From Macrostomum lignano (lineage: Eukaryota), in contig NIVC01002751.1 in assembly GCA_002269645.1 (NCBI GenBank), positions 79,361 to 143,360 on the forward strand: a stretch of DNA of 64,000 bases, given 5' to 3'. Within the stretch, counting starts at the first letter, position 1. The number at the start of each line of letters is the position of its first letter. The notes beneath the pieces are model-generated. The model worked only from the letters and a program-made list of their open reading frames with translations. It searched no databases and was not told the DNA's origin. Positions 57,616 to 64,000 of this stretch are shown in pieces. The position numbers and the translations under genes were made by a program.

Positions 57616-60542
57616 CGCGCATCACACGCACTGGGCAGCAAAGATACCAACACTAGAGGAGAGGAGCTTCTGGCCCTCATCTCTAACACAAACCTCATGC
57701 TCTGCAACCGCGGCAGCACTCCTACCTTTAATAATGGCAGATGGACCGAGGTCCTCGACGCCACACTCGTTACCCCAAGACTCTTTGACAGAGTTGAGGA
57801 GTGGAGAGTCTGGTCTGAGGAGCCCTCCCTGTCTGACCACTGCTTTATCGCCTTTAACATCGCGGACACTAAAACCCAGTCTCCGATCACTTGGAGGCGC
57901 AATATCCGCAACACTGATTGGGCGGCCTACAAAGCTGCCCTTGATCTGCACCTGCAGGAACTCACGGACTTACGTCCGATTGAGACCTGCGAGGATGTGG
58001 ATCATATGGCTGAGACGCTGACAGGTTGCATTATTACAGCCTACGAAGCGGCTTGTCCTGCTCGCGCCTACAAAGGCTAGACCTCGGCGCCGTGGTGGAA
58101 CCCGGAGCTGGGGAAACTCAGGCGGAAGGCCAAAAGCCTTCATCGCCGTGCCATGAAGACCGGAAACCCGGAGGACATGGAGCTTTTCCGGCAAGCCTCC
58201 CGCAATTTCAAATCTGAAGTGCGCAAGGCCAAGGAATGTAAGTGGCGCCAATTCTGCAATGAATTGGATCAAGACAGACCTACTTCTAGGCTTGTCAAGG
58301 CCCTTACAATGGACAAAATGTCCAAATTAGCCATGATCAAAAAAGATGATGGCTCTCTTACTAAAGACCCTGAAGAAGTGCTTCAGCATATGCTTAGCAC
58401 ATTCTTCCCGAGGGTACCTACTGCTAGACCGGAGCCCAACCATTCGATGGATGGAGCCACCCTAGCGGCGGGCATTGTCACTGAAGACCTAATCGCTCGT
58501 GCGGTCAGAACCTTCAAACCCTTCAAATCTCCTGGACCTGATGGTATCTACCCTGTTCTCCTTCGTGAAGCAGCCAAGATACCCTCGTTCCTGAGACTCA
58601 CCCGCAATCTTATGCGGGCCTCTATCCAGCTGGGATACGTTCCCAAATGCTGGACTGAAGCTCGGGTAGTCTTTATTCCCAAACCTGGGAAGGGTGACTA
58701 CCAGAGCGTCAAGGCCTTCCGGCCAATTAGCTTAACGTCAGCAATGCTTAAGCTCACTGAGAGGCTTATTCTCTGGCGGCTGCTGTCCTGCGAGCTGACA
58801 GCGATGCCCCTCAGCAATAATCAGCACGCCTTCCGTACCGGGAGGTCGACTGACAGCGCCCTGCATGCGATTGTCGAGAAGATTGAACGGGCGGTACTGG
58901 GTGACGGTTACGCCCTGGCTCTCTTTCTTGACATTGTTGGCGCCTTCGACAACGTTATCTTTGAAGCGTTTCAGAGGGCCCTTCAAAATGTACATGATCT
59001 CCAACCGTACGTCACTGCCCAACTTCTTGGGCAAACTGCCTCCACCAGAGTCTGTAAGGGTGGACCCCAAGGCAGAGTCCTCACCCCGACGCTCTGGAAC
59101 CTGGTCATGGACGCTCTTTTGAGTGACTCCCGACCCGACCCGTCTTCAAAGTCGGGTATGCTGATGACGTCACGGCCATTGTGGCAGGACCGTCTCCCAG
59201 CACGCTCAGGGATCTGATGCAGAGCTTTATCCGCAAAGCAGAATCCTGGGCCAATGACAATGGTCTGGAACTCTCTGAGCCCAAAACCGTTGCCATTATG
59301 TTTACCAGCAGACTACGCTGGAACATACGTCCTTTGCAGCTCTACGGCAGAGATATTGCCTTCGCGCACCAGACCAGATGTCTCGGGGTCACACTTGACC
59401 ACCGGCTCAACTGGTCCTTCCACGTGAAAGCAAAAGTCAAGCGTGCCTCAGCCATCCTGGCCCAGCTCCGACGAGCACTTGGCACTTCTTGGGGTCTATC
59501 CCCAAAGCGGCTTTGGTGGATCTATACTTCCGTAGTTAGACCTGCCATTACGTACGTTTTGTTGTCTGGGTTAGCGCTACCCAGGTCAAAAGCCATGCAG
59601 ACCTGCTCAACACGATCCAAGGCAGAGCGTGTAGGCTTATCTGCAACGCCACCAGGTCCACGCCCTTTGCTGGCATGGGGGCCTTCCTTAATCTACCGCC
59701 TCTTGACCTCTTCGTCAGGGGTGAGGCGGCTAGAACGACGCGGCGTCTAATTGATGCCGGCGTCAAATTCATTTACATGAGAGCACCTGCTAAGCGGAAC
59801 CTTGTCCCGCATAGCGACCTGTGCCTCAACTTTCTCAACGAGTGTCAGGCCAATCGCGTCTTCACCGATCGCATTGCCTCAACGCTCAACCTGAGACAGC
59901 GCTACTCCGTAGCTATCGACTCGCGCGATAACATCAATGACCAATGGAACCTTGGTGAGCTTCATTGCTACACCGACGGTTCTAAGCAGTCAGCCAACAC
60001 CGGCTTTGGTGTTGGAATCTTTCTGAACGGGAGGGTCATCGCTACCCACGCTCAATACACTGGGGTCAACTCCAGTGTTTTCCAAAATGAAGTTCTGGCC
60101 ATCAGCTCCTGCACTGCAGAGCTTCTCGCCACTGGCGTTACTGGTAAGAACATCATTTTCCATTCGGACAGCCAAGCTGCCTTGCACGCCATCAGTGGCT
60201 GCAGCACCAACTCTGCTACAGTCCTCGACTGTATCAAACTTCTCAACATGTCAACTTCTCAACGGGCCAGACTCACTTACCTCGGGCCACACACATCTAT
60301 TACTGAAGCGTGCAAACCCGAAAACTTTAATCAGCTCATGCGCTACCTTCGGGCCACCCGCAGGGCTGAACTCTCCTTTCCAGAGAGCACCATAGCTGCT
60401 GGCGACACTGGGGACCTCCCTGGGCGGCGCCAACCTCCGTCCATAGCGACGCGTCGGCCGTTCAGGGACTAGCGGAATGGGCGCCCGCGCCTTCCCGCTG
60501 TGTCCCCTCCGGGACAGCCCTGCAGCTAAGTAAGTAAGTAAG
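57616..60542 (+). mobile_element. 5'-truncated, disrupted non-LTR retrotransposon (APE C-terminus, RT, RNase H; LOA/R1/I-group-like) with (TAAG)4 tail
   Basis: APE end (DAHHTHW/GSKDTNTRGEEL...PTF...LDATL...SDHCFI), RT (KSPGPDGI, FIPKPGK, FRPISLTS, QHAFRTGRST, LDIVGAFD, PQG, YADD at 59157-59168), RNase H (YTDGSK, VFQNEVLAI, HSDSQAAL). Stop at 58080, frameshifts, deletions in RT and after CIKLLN. Confidence 0.95.
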
Positions 60543-60673
60543 GGATTGGAGTGTGTGGGATTGGAATGTGTAGGATTGGAGTGTGTGGGATTGGAGTGTG
60601 TGGGATTGGAGTGTGTGGGATTGGAGTGTGTAGGATTGGATTGTGTGGGATTGGAGTGTGTGGGATTGGAGTG
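60543..60673. repeat. 15-bp minisatellite, right of LINE insertion
   Basis: Same GGATTGGAGTGTGTG unit as 57416-57615. Confidence 0.95.
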
Positions 60674-61120
60674 CAGAGTATTTTGGGTTGGAGCTCTTTT
60701 TATTAAAGCTCTGTAGACTTGAATAGTTTATTCGCTAAACAAAGGGTTATTCGTCGGATAGGATTAAGGATTAAAGCGTAACCAGTTGCGCTCCCAGTTT
60801 GTGACTGTGACAGACATTTCAGAAGAAAATAAAGGCCATTACATTATCTTTTTGTATTTTTTCTCTACCATGGCAATCTGAAAGCTGCTGACTCCCTACT
60901 GACACAAATAGAGCTTACAGTGGCATAACAGCCAATCGTAATTTGCTTGGCAACTAGTGATGCTCAGCGAAGAGACGGCTAGCCGCAATTTTTTGCAGCA
61001 GCCGACCGCATCGTGTGCTGCAGAGCTGGCAGTGAGTAGTTTCTTGTATTTGACCAGCCATGCGTGCGGCTCAGCGGATCTCAGTTACCGCTGGAGCGGG
61101 TGAATGCAGCTTAGAGATTG

Positions 61121-62771
<1,651 letters not shown>

Positions 62772-63161
62772 CATGTATTGATAATAGATTGATTTACATG
62801 TAACATTGACTAGAAAAGTTTTAAAAAGCCTTTAACGAACAAAAATATATCTGAAGTACTGTACGAGCTATGTTCTCAAAATTGATTCATGGAATGCATT
62901 GCGTCAAATTTTGTTTAGCCTACCACAGATAGTGTTCGAGAGAAGCGAAACGCTTTGAAAAGTTGACAACGTCTGTAATTTTGCTTGAGTTTTGCTCTGA
63001 CATTTGACGATTTGACTGTCTATGGAAAGCTATTTTTAGAACAGTATTAGATAAGACTTTTTCTAGTCTATAAATAGTCTATGGCCGGGTGAAAGGCCGA
63101 GTTTCCGCTGCAGTGAACTGGGCTTTCTTTTATCGTCAGATCAAGCGCTGCTAGGCTCGGC

Positions 63162-63497
63162 ATGGAGAAGGAACCGGAGCTGCTGGTGCCAATTAAACTG
63201 TACGTGTACTTCTCCCCAACGATACCGGAAGCGGCTCAGTTGGTCCGACTATTCCAGTGCATGATGGAGAAATACGAGTTGCCGCTCAACATATCGGTAG
63301 ACTGGTGCCAGTCGCAGCCGCAGATTGGATTCGCCATCGTCTTCAGAGATGACGTCGTGTTCGATTTGGAGGAATTTTTCCCTTGGGAAGAATTCGAATT
63401 GGTGCAGGAGATCTTCGCCAAGCAGGCTGGGTACAGGATTCTGGCCAATGCTATCAAGGCTTCAGCCGAGACGCAAAGCACAAAACCTAAGCACTGA
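63162..63497 (+). CDS. 111-aa orphan protein, weak resemblance to Rdx (SelW/SelT/MIEN1) thioredoxin-like fold without CxxC
   Basis: TATAAATA at 63069, GGCATGG Kozak context, C/G-ending codons, globular composition. Fold call from remembered pattern only. Confidence 0.6.
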   Translation: MEKEPELLVPIKLYVYFSPTIPEAAQLVRLFQCMMEKYELPLNISVDWCQSQPQIGFAIVFRDDVVFDLEEFFPWEEFELVQEIFAKQAGYRILANAIKASAETQSTKPKH

Positions 63498-63505
63498 ATT
63501 CGGAG

Positions 63506-64000
63506 TTCAGCTATGACTCAGCTATGATTCAGCTATGATTCAGCTATGATTCAGCTATGATTCAGCTATGATTCAGCTATGATTCAGCTATGATTCAGCT
63601 ATGATTCTGCTATGATTCTGCAATGATTCTGCAATGATTCTGCAATGATTCTGAAATTATTCAGCAATGATTCTACAATGATTCTGCAATGATTCTGCAA
63701 TGATTCTGCAATGATTCTGCTATGATTCTGAAATTATTCTGCAATGATTCTGCAATGATTCTGCTATGATTCTGCAATGATTCTGCAATGATTCTGCAAT
63801 GATTCTGCAATGATTCTGCAATGATTCTGCAATGATTCTGCAATGATTCTGCAATGATTCTGCAATGATTCTGCAATGATTCTGCAATGATTCTGCAATG
63901 ATTCTGCAATGATTCTGCAATGATTCTGCAATGATTCTGCAATGATTCTGCAATGATTCTGCAATGATTCTGCAATGATTCTGAATTATTCTGCAATGAT
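63506..64000. repeat. 11-bp minisatellite running off the window end
   Basis: CAGCTATGATT grading into CTGCAATGATT. Confidence 0.97.

Noticed and set aside
63080-63160. Hammerhead or HDV-like ribozyme (CTGACGA...GAAA on minus strand; also checked 858 and 47608)
   Set aside because: Could not build the required flanking stems by eye; an Infernal search would settle it.

Overview
Eukaryotic (animal) genomic DNA with GC-rich, poly-Q/poly-A coding exons in AT-rich spacers. About 18 kb (~28%, my hand tally) is tandem repeat, from more than 20 unrelated mini/microsatellite arrays. This style resembles a free-living flatworm such as Macrostomum (inference only). Genes I can reconstruct by hand with phase-consistent GT-AG introns: a two-exon ~1314-aa protein with two SANT/Myb-like (possibly SNAPC2-like) modules (1234-6267, +), SMARCD/BAF60 (8151-12571, +), an RNF38/RNF44-like RING E3 ligase (15740-23921, +) with a candidate alternative first exon and a nested ORF, the 3' part of a ZDHHC23-like palmitoyltransferase (-), an intronless peptide-type class A GPCR (55574-56752, -) and a 111-aa orphan (63162-63497, +). 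Mobile DNA: a hAT MITE with perfect TIR/TSD, a defective 3.76-kb hAT element, two long-TIR non-autonomous elements, a tRNA-derived SINE, and a 5'-truncated RT+RNase H LINE. Best leads: (1) the LINE family appears to have inserted twice into G-rich simple repeats at a shared RGATWGG junction, with a triplicated inverted 3' tail nearby; (2) unusual repeat architecture around SMARCD exon 2 (inverted minisatellite brackets, ~80 decoy acceptors, a repeat-built candidate poison exon); (3) a DHHC enzyme that seems to have lost one whole zinc site. Most long ORFs in the supplied track are repeat read-throughs. All family assignments are from remembered motifs, not database searches.
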